From assembly GCA_964370815.1 (NCBI GenBank), contig CAYJKQ010000001.1:285812-317811 (forward strand): a stretch of 32,000 nucleotides of DNA, written 5' to 3'. This DNA comes from an uncultured Anaerolineaceae bacterium. Lineage in GTDB: Bacteria > Chloroflexota > Anaerolineae > Anaerolineales > Villigracilaceae. The notes below the pieces were generated by a model. It made no database searches, was not told where the DNA came from, and was given only the letters and a program-made list of their open reading frames with translations. Below are positions 9,711 to 19,219 of this stretch, one piece after another. Both the position numbers and the translations under genes were made by a program. How positions within the stretch are numbered: the first letter of the stretch is position 1; each line of letters opens with the position of its first letter.

Positions 9711-10490
9711 CTAATCCCATTTGATCAATCGAAATTTTTCCTCATAACGAGGATGGTTTTCAGTGCTCCCGGATGTTCTCCATTTACGAATTCTTTCGGT
9801 GAATTTAATTGGATCACCAATTTGACTTTTATGTTCTAACAATGCCCTCAATTTAATATCCCAAGTATCCGTTACATCAATGGTAATATCAGGATTACTG
9901 GTCAGTGATATCCACACTTCTTTCGGAGAATGGGGTTGTAATCCTTCTTCCTTTAATAATTCGGGGAAATAATGGATATTTCCAGCGGCAGGAAATACTG
10001 CATCTAAAACTACCTGGCCAGCATAGCGATGATCTGCATGATTTAGCCGGTAGGAACCACTTGGAAACAAATTCGTTGGATCGCAAGTTACGAGAATATC
10101 CGGTTTTTTCTGTCGGATGACCCGAACTATACTTCGACGCAATTCTATACTCGGAAGTATATATCCATCTGGTAAGTCGAGAAATTGTACTGAAGTCACA
10201 CCGATGACAGAGGCTGCTGCGTGTTGTTCTTCATGCCGAATTTTGCATATCTGATCCGAAGATAATTCTGGATCATTAGATCCCTTATCCCCACAGGTTA
10301 GCAGACAATAATGAATCTCGTGCCCTTGTTTTACCCACCTTGCTAAAGTAGCACCGCAGAAAAACTCAGGATCATCCGGATGCGCAAGAATGACAAGAAT
10401 TTTTTTATGTGCATCCCAATTTCCCAACTCTTGAGGATCCTGAGTCTTATTTGTTAATGGGGTCTGTTTTTCCACAATTGCAGTCACCAT
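9711..10490 (-). CDS. PIG-L family deacetylase (N-acetylglucosaminyl deacetylase/BshB-like fold)
   Basis: KKILVILAHPDDPEFFCGATLARWVKQGHEIHYCLLTCGDKGSND and RHEEQHAAASVIGVTSVQFLDLPDG. The listed ORF starts at 10541; the ATG at 10490 reduces the overlap with the upstream gene. Confidence 0.85.
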   Translation of the reverse strand: MVTAIVEKQTPLTNKTQDPQELGNWDAHKKILVILAHPDDPEFFCGATLARWVKQGHEIHYCLLTCGDKGSNDPELSSDQICKIRHEEQHAAASVIGVTSVQFLDLPDGYILPSIELRRSIVRVIRQKKPDILVTCDPTNLFPSGSYRLNHADHRYAGQVVLDAVFPAAGNIHYFPELLKEEGLQPHSPKEVWISLTSNPDITIDVTDTWDIKLRALLEHKSQIGDPIKFTERIRKWRTSGSTENHPRYEEKFRLIKWD

Positions 10491-11355
10491 CTCCGTTCTG
10501 ACAAGATTCCTGGGATTTCCGACGTAAAGCCTCAAGTTCATCCCATGGTTCTAATTCATCACTAGAAAATTCAATTCTACCTATTTCAGGTAATTCAACA
10601 ACGATAACCTTTGTAATAAGGTTAATATAAGAAACCTTCCCTTCTCCTTTTGGTGTCATAACACGTTTGCCACGTTTGGGTAATTCTTTGCGTGCAGCCA
10701 GATAATTTTCATATTCATAATAAAGGCAGCACCGTAATCGCCCACACATACCTGTGATCTCTGCAGGAGTTAGAGAGATTCCTTGTTCCTTGGCCATCTT
10801 TATTGAAATAGGGCTAAAATCAGTTAGGAATTTGGAACAACAGCGTTTTTCAAGTCCACAAGCTCCCATTCCACCAAGAATTTTGGCAACATCCCTCGGA
10901 CCAATTTGACGCAATTCAACTTGCGAACCCGGATACAGTTTACCCATATCCTGGCGCAATGATTTTAATTCAACCTTTTCCTCAGTTTCACAATTATACA
11001 TAAAGGTAAGTCTTGAACCGTCAAAATTAAATTCAGCAGCAATTATTTTAACTCCGCGTAACCTTAATTGAGCAGATCTTTCTCGGCAATTAATTAAGGC
11101 TTCTATTTCTTTGTTCTGCCAGGATTTTCTAAGAATCAAGTCACGGGTAGTCGCGCGCCTTTCAACTTGTTTCCACTTGCCGTCATTTGGATGGGATGGA
11201 TTTGCCACCAATTGAGTTACTTCTCCCAGTTGATGACCACGAGTTGTATCAACAATTACTCTATCCCCGACTTGGATACCTTCTACTAGAGACGCATCAA
11301 AATGATAAACTTTGCCAATTTCTTGGAAACGAACTCCAACGATTATAGGTTGCAT
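10447..11355 (-). CDS. PSP1 domain-containing protein (RicT/YaaT-like)
   Basis: MQPIIVGVRFQEIGKVYHFDAS, LRQIGPRDVAKILGGMGACGLEKRCCSKFLTDFSPISIKMAKEQGISLTPAEITGMCGRLRCCLYYEYENY. The start was trimmed from 11427 to the ATG at 11355. Confidence 0.9.
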   Translation of the reverse strand: MQPIIVGVRFQEIGKVYHFDASLVEGIQVGDRVIVDTTRGHQLGEVTQLVANPSHPNDGKWKQVERRATTRDLILRKSWQNKEIEALINCRERSAQLRLRGVKIIAAEFNFDGSRLTFMYNCETEEKVELKSLRQDMGKLYPGSQVELRQIGPRDVAKILGGMGACGLEKRCCSKFLTDFSPISIKMAKEQGISLTPAEITGMCGRLRCCLYYEYENYLAARKELPKRGKRVMTPKGEGKVSYINLITKVIVVELPEIGRIEFSSDELEPWDELEALRRKSQESCQNGDGDCNCGKTDPINK

Positions 11356-11383
11356 AAAAAGGATTATATCCTTACTGAAGTTA

Positions 11384-12430
11384 TTAAATAATATTGATTT
11401 CAGGTATAGATTTATTATAAGCAGCAATACTGATTTTTGCGGCCACCTGTTCAGTAATAGCCTGGAGCGCTCTTGCTGCTTCTGAACCAGGATTGGATGT
11501 CACAACTGGCTCCCCGGTGTCTCCTCCGATTCGCACATCTGATTCCATTGGTACAGCACCAAGGAATGGGACTTTGGCGATATTCGCCATATCTTCCCCA
11601 CCTCCACTGCCAAATATCTCTCCGCGCATATTCTCGATGACCCCCAGAATCGGAACTTCAAGTGTTCTAAACATCTCAAGACCACGACTGGCATCTTCCA
11701 GGGATACACTCTGTGGTATTGTCACGATAACCACACCGCTTAATGGTAAAGCTTGAGCAAGGCTAAGTGGAACATCTCCGGTTCCTGGAGGTAGATCTAC
11801 GATCAGGTAATCCAGCTCACCCCACTCGACATCACTTATGAATTGCCGTAGGGCAGAAACAAGCATCGGTCCACGCCAAATTAAAGGTTGTCCAGGTTTT
11901 ACCAGGAAACCCATGGACATAATTTTTACACCATACGATTCTGCTGGAACAAGCTTGCTATCTTGTGGAGCAGGCATGTGATTAATACCCATCATGGTTG
12001 GAATATTTGGACCATAGATATCAGCATCCAATAAACCCACACGGGCACCACTTTGAGCTAATGTTATTGCCATGTTAACTGCTATTGTGCTTTTTCCAAC
12101 TCCACCTTTTCCGGATGCAACAGCTATTACATTGCGTATAGGGACTTTTAAAAGACCTCTATCCCGACCATCATTGGGCACATTGGAATCCATTTTAATA
12201 ATTATAGTTTTCACATTTGGAATTGCCTGTACAGCTGTGCGGGCTTGTTTCTCGATTAAACCTTTTAATGGGCAGGCTGGAGTTGTCAGTATTATCGAGA
12301 AAGATACAGTATTATCCTTGATCTCCAAATTTTGGATCATGTTTAAAGCTACCAGATCTTTATGCAGTTCTGGTTCCTGAACTTTTGATAGAGCAGCAAG
12401 AACACTATCCTTGCTGATAAAATTAGTCAT
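11384..12430 (-). CDS. mrp: Mrp/ApbC-family P-loop ATPase, iron-sulfur cluster carrier
   Basis: N-terminal DUF59-like domain (VQEPELHKDLVALNMI...TTPACPLKGLIEKQ) followed by IAVASGKGGVGKSTIAVNMAITLAQSGARVGLLDADIYGPNIPTMMG and YLIVDLPPGTGDVPLSLAQ. Confidence 0.95.
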   Translation of the reverse strand: MTNFISKDSVLAALSKVQEPELHKDLVALNMIQNLEIKDNTVSFSIILTTPACPLKGLIEKQARTAVQAIPNVKTIIIKMDSNVPNDGRDRGLLKVPIRNVIAVASGKGGVGKSTIAVNMAITLAQSGARVGLLDADIYGPNIPTMMGINHMPAPQDSKLVPAESYGVKIMSMGFLVKPGQPLIWRGPMLVSALRQFISDVEWGELDYLIVDLPPGTGDVPLSLAQALPLSGVVIVTIPQSVSLEDASRGLEMFRTLEVPILGVIENMRGEIFGSGGGEDMANIAKVPFLGAVPMESDVRIGGDTGEPVVTSNPGSEAARALQAITEQVAAKISIAAYNKSIPEINII

Positions 12431-12531
12431 TGTTCTCCTTTATATTCCAAATAATCTTTAACTTCAATTCTTGCAGCATCAATAAATCCACCAATTCTTT
12501 TTATCAATAATTGCCATCGCTCTCCACTCAT
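12427..12531 (-). CDS. Candidate 34-aa small protein (MSGERWQLLIKRIGGFIDAARIEVKDYLEYKGEQ)
   Basis: Unlisted small ORF whose TGA stop overlaps the mrp ATG (ATGA), suggesting translational coupling. No clear Shine-Dalgarno site. Confidence 0.35.
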   Translation of the reverse strand: MSGERWQLLIKRIGGFIDAARIEVKDYLEYKGEQ

Positions 12532-12658
12532 ATTAATTAATCATGGAATAATTTCAGCTGAAAAAAGTAATTCGGTTTAGCACTTATTCAAATTAGTAAA
12601 TGACAGATAGATGGCTGTTTACAAACAACCTAATTTCAAATAATGATTGGTTTCTGCC

Positions 12659-13261
12659 TTATTCGGTCTTTGCAACAACTAAAGCTCGTGCTGCTTGTTT
12701 AGACTCACGTGCTTGATTTTCTTTTGTAGCATTGATTGGTCGAATTTCCTTATAGTAGTTAGCTGATTTTGAAAGGGTATGCAGGTTCATAATATTGCGG
12801 GAATAAGAAGCCAATTCATATGCATGATCCATCTTAATGGCATCGAATGGGCAATATTCTGCACATAAACCACAATTCATGCAGATATCTGCATCAATAT
12901 AAAATTCTGCAGGGTCGGGGATGGGGCGACCTGTAGCTGGATTTGTTGAGCGTATGATCCAAATGCATTGTGGTGGACAGACTTTGGCACAAATTCCACA
13001 ACTTGTGCAACGTGTGATATGTTCTCCATTTTCACTTTCATCATATACCAGGAAAGGTAAAAAACGAAATTCTTCTGGAGAGGGTAATTTTTCCTCTGGA
13101 TATTGAATTGTGAATATACCTTTTGCATCTTTGCTTGAGCGGTGAGCAATACCTTCAACTTTATAATAACGTTTACCCATCCAGCGGATATCATCCACGT
13201 AAGTTTCGATATAACGTTTTATTGTAACACCTAATCCTTTTAGTATTCCTTTTCCGTACAT
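12659..13261 (-). CDS. nuoI: NADH-quinone oxidoreductase subunit I-like protein, 2x[4Fe-4S]
   Basis: Two ferredoxin motifs, CTSCGICAKVCPPQCI and CMNCGLCAEYCPFDAI, plus the NuoI-like N-terminus (LKGLGVTIKRYI). Confidence 0.88.
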   Translation of the reverse strand: MYGKGILKGLGVTIKRYIETYVDDIRWMGKRYYKVEGIAHRSSKDAKGIFTIQYPEEKLPSPEEFRFLPFLVYDESENGEHITRCTSCGICAKVCPPQCIWIIRSTNPATGRPIPDPAEFYIDADICMNCGLCAEYCPFDAIKMDHAYELASYSRNIMNLHTLSKSANYYKEIRPINATKENQARESKQAARALVVAKTE

Positions 13262-13270
13262 GCTCTTCTC

Positions 13271-15013
13271 CTACCGATCAACTTCACCAAGAACAATATC
13301 AATAGAACCAAGAATAGCAACGATATCCGCAATTTTTTGCCCAATGCACATATGGCCATAAGGGGTCAAATTAATAAATGACGGTGCCCGCACATGATAT
13401 CGCCATGGATTGGGTCTTCCGGATGAAATGATATAAAATCCAAGTTCTCCTTTTGGGCTTTCAACTCTGCCGTAGGATTCTCCAGCTGGAACACGAACTT
13501 GGTATTGAGGTTTACCGGTTTGAATCTCGCCTTGTGGTAACCCTTTTATGGCTTGTTGAACGATGCGAATACTTTGGCGCATTTCATCGAGGCGAACCAT
13601 ATAACGGTCGAAAATATCACCATTTTGACGGACGACGATGTCAAAATCGAAGCGATCATAGATACTATATGGATCAGCTCTGCGGATATCATATGGCACA
13701 CCTGATGCACGTAAAAGTGGACCGGTCGCTGAATATCTGATCGCATCTTCAGCTGATAAAATACCTTGGCCAACTCCACGAGAACGTATGATCTCATTAT
13801 CGCTCATGAATCTGTCGATCTCGTCGACTTTCTTGGGTAATCTTTCAAATACAAGACCTTTTATCTTTTCGAGGGTACCTTCAGGTAAGTCGCGAGCGAC
13901 ACCACCAAACCGGAAGTAGTTGCACATCATCCTTGAACCGGTAACAGCTTCAAAGATATCCAGGATCAGCTCTCGCTCTTCAAGTAAATAAATCAATGGC
14001 GTGAAAAAGGTTCCCAGGTCGTTAAATAGTGCACCGAGTGCCATGCAGTGGTTGGTGATCCGGTTGAGTTCAGCCATAATCACCCGGATATATTCAGCCC
14101 TTTCAGGAACTTCAATGTTCATCAATTTTTCTACTGCTAAAGCATATCCAAAATTATTACTTAAAGATGATAAGTAGTCCAGACGATCAGTGTAAGGCAT
14201 GTTTTGCAGGAATGTATTTCGTTCACCTATTTTTTCATGGTTCCGATGCAAATATCCCATTACTGGTTTGAGATTAGCGATGATCTCCCCATCCAGAACA
14301 GCGGAGACTCGAAATACACCATGAGTGGATGGATGCTGAGGACCCAGGTTGACCACGATATTATCGCTTTTAATTCCATCCTTGCTTGTATATTCGTACT
14401 TTGCTAAAGCCCCATAAAGAGCGTCCTCCCCTTCAGGAATCCACTTTTCGGGATCAAAATCGGTTGGGTAAACAATATTATCGCTGAACACATTATTTTC
14501 TTCAGCTTGAATTATTTTCCCATCAGGCCATCTTGATTTGAAGGGTTTGCTTTCCTCTTCGAAATAAGCTTCTTTCCAATCTTTTCGCAAAGGATGCCCT
14601 GAAAAACCTTCCCACATAAGAATTCGGCGCAGATCTGGATGTCCAGTAAAAATAATTCCGTAAAGATCCCAAATTTCACGCTCTTGAAGTTCAACACCCG
14701 GAAATACAGAAACAAGGGAAGGAACTTCTATGGGATCCAGGCGCGGGATCTGAACCTTAAAATTCAGAACTGGACCTCCAGTTGTTTTTAACGCATGATA
14801 AACAACTTCCATTATTTGATCTGGGAGGTAGTCTACGCCTGTGACAGATGTAAGAAGATCGTATCCAAAATCATCCCGTAGTTTTGTAGCAAATTCGACT
14901 AGATGATCTTTTTCGATAACCCAGCCAGAATAACCTGGACGGGTATCTGCAACTACATGTGTAGGAAATATTTTGGTGAAATCTAGTATTTCAACGGGTG
15001 CAGGTGTAGTCAT
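13271..15013 (-). CDS. nuoCD: NADH-quinone oxidoreductase, fused subunits C and D
   Basis: NuoC-like N-terminal half ([35 protein letters not shown]) and NuoD C-terminal half ([46 protein letters not shown]) in one uninterrupted 580-codon frame. Confidence 0.93.
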   Translation of the reverse strand: MTTPAPVEILDFTKIFPTHVVADTRPGYSGWVIEKDHLVEFATKLRDDFGYDLLTSVTGVDYLPDQIMEVVYHALKTTGGPVLNFKVQIPRLDPIEVPSLVSVFPGVELQEREIWDLYGIIFTGHPDLRRILMWEGFSGHPLRKDWKEAYFEEESKPFKSRWPDGKIIQAEENNVFSDNIVYPTDFDPEKWIPEGEDALYGALAKYEYTSKDGIKSDNIVVNLGPQHPSTHGVFRVSAVLDGEIIANLKPVMGYLHRNHEKIGERNTFLQNMPYTDRLDYLSSLSNNFGYALAVEKLMNIEVPERAEYIRVIMAELNRITNHCMALGALFNDLGTFFTPLIYLLEERELILDIFEAVTGSRMMCNYFRFGGVARDLPEGTLEKIKGLVFERLPKKVDEIDRFMSDNEIIRSRGVGQGILSAEDAIRYSATGPLLRASGVPYDIRRADPYSIYDRFDFDIVVRQNGDIFDRYMVRLDEMRQSIRIVQQAIKGLPQGEIQTGKPQYQVRVPAGESYGRVESPKGELGFYIISSGRPNPWRYHVRAPSFINLTPYGHMCIGQKIADIVAILGSIDIVLGEVDR

Positions 15014-15639
15014 GAAAGGTTCTCCTGTGCCTCGTGATTTCTGATAAGAGGAATTTTGCGCGGATCGATAAGATCTGGGCCAAGAATGGGAACTGGTATG
15101 GATACTTGATCCTCACCCTTTTGGTACCATCTAACTGATTTTAGGGATTGTTTGCTAATTTTTTCTTGTAGTTTGATCAATCCGTGGATCAAAGCCTGTG
15201 GTGTGGGGGGGCAACCAGGGATGTAAACATCTACAGGAATATATCGATCGATACCAGAAACAACATTGTAGCCCTCTTTAAATGGTCCACCTCCTGAAGC
15301 ACAAGCACCCATAGCAATAACGTATTTCGGTTCAGGCATCTGATTATATAACCGCACGATGGTCGGCATCATCTTCTTGGTTACCGTGCCAGAGACGAGC
15401 ATCAGATCACTTTGACGGGGACTGGGGCGTGTAACTTCCATCCCAAATCGGGAAAGGTCAAATCGACTGGCTTGGGCACAAATATACTCGATACCACAAC
15501 ATGCAAGTGCGAACATTAACGGCCAGACCGATGCACTGCGTCCCCAGTTGTAAATTTTATCGAGAGTTGTAATTGCTACCTGTCCCTCAATCTCATCAGG
15601 GATTTCGTAACCGGGTGTATTGATATCTTTTACATCCAT
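15010..15639 (-). CDS. nuoB: NADH-quinone oxidoreductase subunit B
   Basis: [72 protein letters not shown]. Good SD (GGAG) upstream of the ATG at 15639. Confidence 0.94.
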   Translation of the reverse strand: MDVKDINTPGYEIPDEIEGQVAITTLDKIYNWGRSASVWPLMFALACCGIEYICAQASRFDLSRFGMEVTRPSPRQSDLMLVSGTVTKKMMPTIVRLYNQMPEPKYVIAMGACASGGGPFKEGYNVVSGIDRYIPVDVYIPGCPPTPQALIHGLIKLQEKISKQSLKSVRWYQKGEDQVSIPVPILGPDLIDPRKIPLIRNHEAQENLS

Positions 15640-15683
15640 CCTGCAGTCTCCTAAGAATAACTGGATTTAAAACTCAAATTAGG

Positions 15684-15712
15684 ATTATAGTTTATTGACT
15701 AAGACGTGTCAA
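15684..15712 (-). promoter_or_regulatory. Consensus sigma-70-type promoter for the nuoB-nuoCD-nuoI cluster
   Basis: On the minus strand: TTGACA (15712-15707), 17-nt spacer, TATAAT (15689-15684). Exact consensus match at both boxes. Confidence 0.85.
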
Positions 15713-15714
15713 TT

Positions 15715-15744
15715 GAATTATGCAAATATATATTTGCATAATTC
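15715..15744. promoter_or_regulatory. Perfect 30-bp palindrome GAATTATGCAAATATATATTTGCATAATTC, candidate shared operator
   Basis: The sequence equals its own reverse complement over 30 nt. It abuts the nuoB -35 box and overlaps the -35 of the divergent regulator promoter. Confidence 0.8.
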
Positions 15745-15761
15745 AAGAAAATGACTATAAT
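15734..15761 (+). promoter_or_regulatory. Promoter for the SufR-like regulator
   Basis: TTGCAT (15734-15739), 16-nt spacer, TATAAT (15756-15761). Confidence 0.65.
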
Positions 15762-15776
15762 ATGATAGATGACACT

Positions 15777-16388
15777 ATGAAAAAAACATCCCGACAAAAA
15801 GTTTTGGAATTTGTCCGAAAACAACAACTAGTAACTGTTTCAGAGCTCAATCAATTCCTGAATATGACACCGGCGAATATTAGGCATCATATCTCGGTTC
15901 TCAAAGCGGATGGATTAGTTGAAAGAATTGACTCACGCAAAAAAATTGGAAGGGGGCGACCGGAAGCAGTTTATGCGGTAAGCAGAGTTTTCAAAGAAGA
16001 TGGTCTTGAAACACTTATTGAAGGAATATTTAAAATATGGTTTTCTACTATTTCCCATGATGAGTTAAGCCGAAAAATGCAGGCGATCGCCATGTATTTG
16101 GTGGGGAATGGAGTAGATGTTGGAAAATACACATTCAACAGGAAACTGACAATTTGTATGACCTACTTGAATGACCTTCACTATAAAGCTAAATGGGAAG
16201 CCAGTCCATCTGGACCACGGATAAACTTTGGGAATTGTCCTTACCGAAAGATAATTAAACATCACCCTGAGCTTTGCTTGATGGACAAATTCATGTTAGA
16301 AGAATTGGTGGGGATAAAAATATCTCAGGTGTCGAAGCTTGAACGAGATGATAGAGGCATATTGTATTGTAGTTTTGTCGGGCACTAA
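15777..16388 (+). CDS. SufR-like (COG2345-type) winged-helix transcriptional regulator with probable C-terminal metal/Fe-S binding cysteines
   Basis: KTSRQKVLEFVRKQQLVTVSELNQFLNMTPANIRHHISVLKADGLVERI...GRGRPEAVYAVS and C-terminal CPYRKIIKHHPELC (CX12C) with a further Cys (YCSF). The listed start at 15720 lies inside the palindrome, so the start is moved to 15777; 15762 is an alternative. Confidence 0.8.
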   Translation: MKKTSRQKVLEFVRKQQLVTVSELNQFLNMTPANIRHHISVLKADGLVERIDSRKKIGRGRPEAVYAVSRVFKEDGLETLIEGIFKIWFSTISHDELSRKMQAIAMYLVGNGVDVGKYTFNRKLTICMTYLNDLHYKAKWEASPSGPRINFGNCPYRKIIKHHPELCLMDKFMLEELVGIKISQVSKLERDDRGILYCSFVGH

Positions 16389-17509
16389 GGAACAATGCCT
16401 TTCCCAAGATATACACCAATACCCCCATTATTAAATCGGATGGACGTGTCCAATTTGATTCCAATTTGAGACAATAATTTCAAATCAGAACATAGTATTG
16501 AAATATTCCAATTCTTGCAATGAGTACGGGCAACATTACCCAATTGCGCATAGAGATTCCGTAGATCTTTGTTCGAATTTACCCGAAATCCATATGGAGG
16601 ATTTGTCACTAGAAAACCTGGCTTAGGAGGAGGCGAAATTGAAGATATGGCCTCACATTTAAATTCTATTAAATCTCCAACTCCGGCTCGCATGGCATTG
16701 GCTTTTGATATTTCTATTGCCCCGGCATCCCTGTCAGAAGCCTGGATTATCGGTATTTTGTTTATCGTTTTAGTTTGAATAGTAGCTAGCAAATCCTCCC
16801 AAATCAATTTATCATAATTGGGCCATAACATAAAAGCAAATTTCCGGTGTAAACCAGGAGGGATGCACTTCGCTAATAAAGCTGCCTCAATTGGAATAGT
16901 CCCAGACCCACAAAAAGGATCAAGCAGGGGATCAATTTTATTCCATTCCGATGCCAATATGACTGCTGCTGCAAGTGTTTCTCGTATTGGGGCTTTGCCT
17001 GTCGCAAATCGATAACCTCTACGGTGAAGCAAATCTCCTGAAGAATCTATACTTATCGTGCAATCATCATTTATTAACCTGACGACAATTAATTGATGCA
17101 GGTTATCATCTTCCATCTCATTTGGTTTATAGTTAATGGAAACTGATCCAAGCCTGTCGCTTATTGCACCTACAACCCTTTCTATAACTCCATCGGAATG
17201 ATAAAGACGTGATTTATGGCAAGATGCTCGCATTGAAATGGGTTGCCCAGGGAAAATGAATTTCTCCCAAGGTAACCGGCTTGCTTTTTTCCGTAACTCT
17301 GAAAATGCAGACGCATGGAAATTACCAAGTCGAACCAGTATTCGACTGACAGTTCTCAAATTAAGGTTGGATCGATAAATTGCCTTCAGATCACCAGTGT
17401 ATAAAATACCACCATTCTCTTTTTTCCCTGTATTTATACCCAATCCTATCAATTCATTTATTGCAATATATTCAAGCCCAGGTGTTACTACCGCAAAGAG
17501 ATCATCCAT
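16385..17509 (-). CDS. THUMP-domain class I SAM-dependent RNA methyltransferase (RlmL/Trm14-like)
   Basis: YRFATGKAPIRETLAAAVILASEW, DPLLDPFCGSGTIPIEAALLA, ASDRDAGAIEISKANAMRAGV, LVTNPPYGFRV. Confidence 0.88.
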   Translation of the reverse strand: MDDLFAVVTPGLEYIAINELIGLGINTGKKENGGILYTGDLKAIYRSNLNLRTVSRILVRLGNFHASAFSELRKKASRLPWEKFIFPGQPISMRASCHKSRLYHSDGVIERVVGAISDRLGSVSINYKPNEMEDDNLHQLIVVRLINDDCTISIDSSGDLLHRRGYRFATGKAPIRETLAAAVILASEWNKIDPLLDPFCGSGTIPIEAALLAKCIPPGLHRKFAFMLWPNYDKLIWEDLLATIQTKTINKIPIIQASDRDAGAIEISKANAMRAGVGDLIEFKCEAISSISPPPKPGFLVTNPPYGFRVNSNKDLRNLYAQLGNVARTHCKNWNISILCSDLKLLSQIGIKLDTSIRFNNGGIGVYLGKGIVP

Positions 17510-19184
17510 TTTTATGTATGATTATTTCCTTTTGTTTTTGTTTGCGTTCAGGGTTTTTTTCTACAAAAATTGACTTACCCGTGAAAGGATCCTGCTCTGT
17601 ATAATACATCAAGGTTGAATATGTGGATGGGGTAGGAGTAAATATTTGAACTTGCTCTGGATTAATATTTAATTTCTTACTGGAATATGTTTTTAATTTC
17701 TGCATGTCAGCTTCATCACAACCAGGGTGAGCTGCGATCATATAGTAGGTTAGAAATTGTTTTTTTCCAGAAGATCTGGAAAAGTCATCAAATTTTTCTT
17801 TGAAACGTAGCAGGTTATTATTATCTGGTTTTCCCATTTTCTCCAGGACTTTTTTTTCAGAATGCTCAGGGGCAATTTTAAGTTGACCTGAAACATGATG
17901 GTTCGTTAATTCGCGAAAATAATCATCGCAATAGATGCTGTCAGAAAAAAGCAAATCATAACGAATACCTGAAGATATAAATACTTTTTTTATACCCTTG
18001 ATCTTACGAATCTGTTTAATTAAATTAATGTTTGGTAAATGGGTTACTTTTAGTGCTGGACAAACATCCGGGGAAAGGCAGCGTTGATCCTGACATGCTC
18101 CATATTTGAGTTTTTTAAGGCACTCATATCCATACATATTTGCAGTTGGACCACCAACATCCTGAATATAGCCTTTAAAACCCGTAGTTCCGGTTAATAA
18201 CTCGGCTTCAGCTAAAATCGATGCCTGGCTTCTCCACCGGATAGTACGCCCTTCATGAACTGCTATTGCACAAAAATTGCATTCCCCATAACAGCCACGA
18301 TGAGCGGATATGGAAAATCTGATGGTTTCAAGTGCTTTGACTGGTCCGAACTTTTCGTAATATGGGTGTTGTCCATATTCATAATTAAGGGAAAAAACTT
18401 CATCAAGTTCTGCCTGGGTTTGGTACTTGGAAGGCGGATTTTGAACCAGAAACCGGTCTGCATATTTTTGTACAAGTCCTTTTGCATTAAGTGGGTCATT
18501 ATTTCGGTAAAAGGTATGAAACATTTGGGTAAAAGAATTTTTATCTTGGACCACATCTTCAAAAGAAGGTAATTCCAGATATTCCTCAGGCTTTTCGTTT
18601 GATATGTAGCATAGACCACTAACCAGATTTGGGTTTATCCCATTCTTGATGCAATTGGCAAACTCCAGAATTGATAATTCTGCCATCCCGTAAAGAAGGA
18701 AATCTGCTTTTGCATCGAATAAAATTGATCGCCTTATTCGATTGTCCCAATAATCATAATGTGCAACACGTCGCAGACTGGCTTCGATTCCACCCAGAAC
18801 AATTGGTTTAGCATGAGATTGTGGATGATTCTGATTGGATAACCTGCGAATAAGGTTGGAATATACGATACTCGCTCGATCAGGTCGACGATTGTTTATC
18901 CCGCCTGGAGAGTAGTCATCCAATCGTCGGTTTTTCTTCAACGCAGTATAGTTTGCAACCATGGAATCAACACAACCGGCAGATACACCCCAAAACAAAG
19001 CCGGCTCCCCGAGACGCCCTATATCTACTGTCTCATTTATGCCAGGTTGGGCAATAATGCCAACGCGATATCCATGTTTCACAAGTAGCTTTCCAATGAC
19101 AGCTATACCGATATATGGACTATCGATATAGCTGTCGCCGGTTACCAGGATCACATCGAGGGAATCCCAGCCCAGTTTTTTCAT
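17502..19184 (-). CDS. YgiQ-family radical SAM protein
   Basis: DVILVTGDSYIDSPYIGIAVIGKLL, FSISAHRGCYGECNFCAIAVHEGRTIRWRS (CX3CX2C), GYIQDVGGPTANMYG and HVSGQLKIAPEHSEKKVLEKMGKP. The listed start is 19211; the ATG at 19184 (MKKLGWDSL) is preferred. Confidence 0.9.
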   Translation of the reverse strand: MKKLGWDSLDVILVTGDSYIDSPYIGIAVIGKLLVKHGYRVGIIAQPGINETVDIGRLGEPALFWGVSAGCVDSMVANYTALKKNRRLDDYSPGGINNRRPDRASIVYSNLIRRLSNQNHPQSHAKPIVLGGIEASLRRVAHYDYWDNRIRRSILFDAKADFLLYGMAELSILEFANCIKNGINPNLVSGLCYISNEKPEEYLELPSFEDVVQDKNSFTQMFHTFYRNNDPLNAKGLVQKYADRFLVQNPPSKYQTQAELDEVFSLNYEYGQHPYYEKFGPVKALETIRFSISAHRGCYGECNFCAIAVHEGRTIRWRSQASILAEAELLTGTTGFKGYIQDVGGPTANMYGYECLKKLKYGACQDQRCLSPDVCPALKVTHLPNINLIKQIRKIKGIKKVFISSGIRYDLLFSDSIYCDDYFRELTNHHVSGQLKIAPEHSEKKVLEKMGKPDNNNLLRFKEKFDDFSRSSGKKQFLTYYMIAAHPGCDEADMQKLKTYSSKKLNINPEQVQIFTPTPSTYSTLMYYTEQDPFTGKSIFVEKNPERKQKQKEIIIHKNG

Positions 19185-19219
19185 TTCTTGATGAGTTGTT
19201 GGAAGAAACATTAGAATAT

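Noticed and set aside
15720-15776. N-terminal extension MQIYICIIQENDYNMIDDT of the SufR-like regulator
   Set aside because: It would be encoded by the palindrome and the promoter -10 region. An ATG at 15777 (or 15762) gives the expected winged-helix N-terminus.
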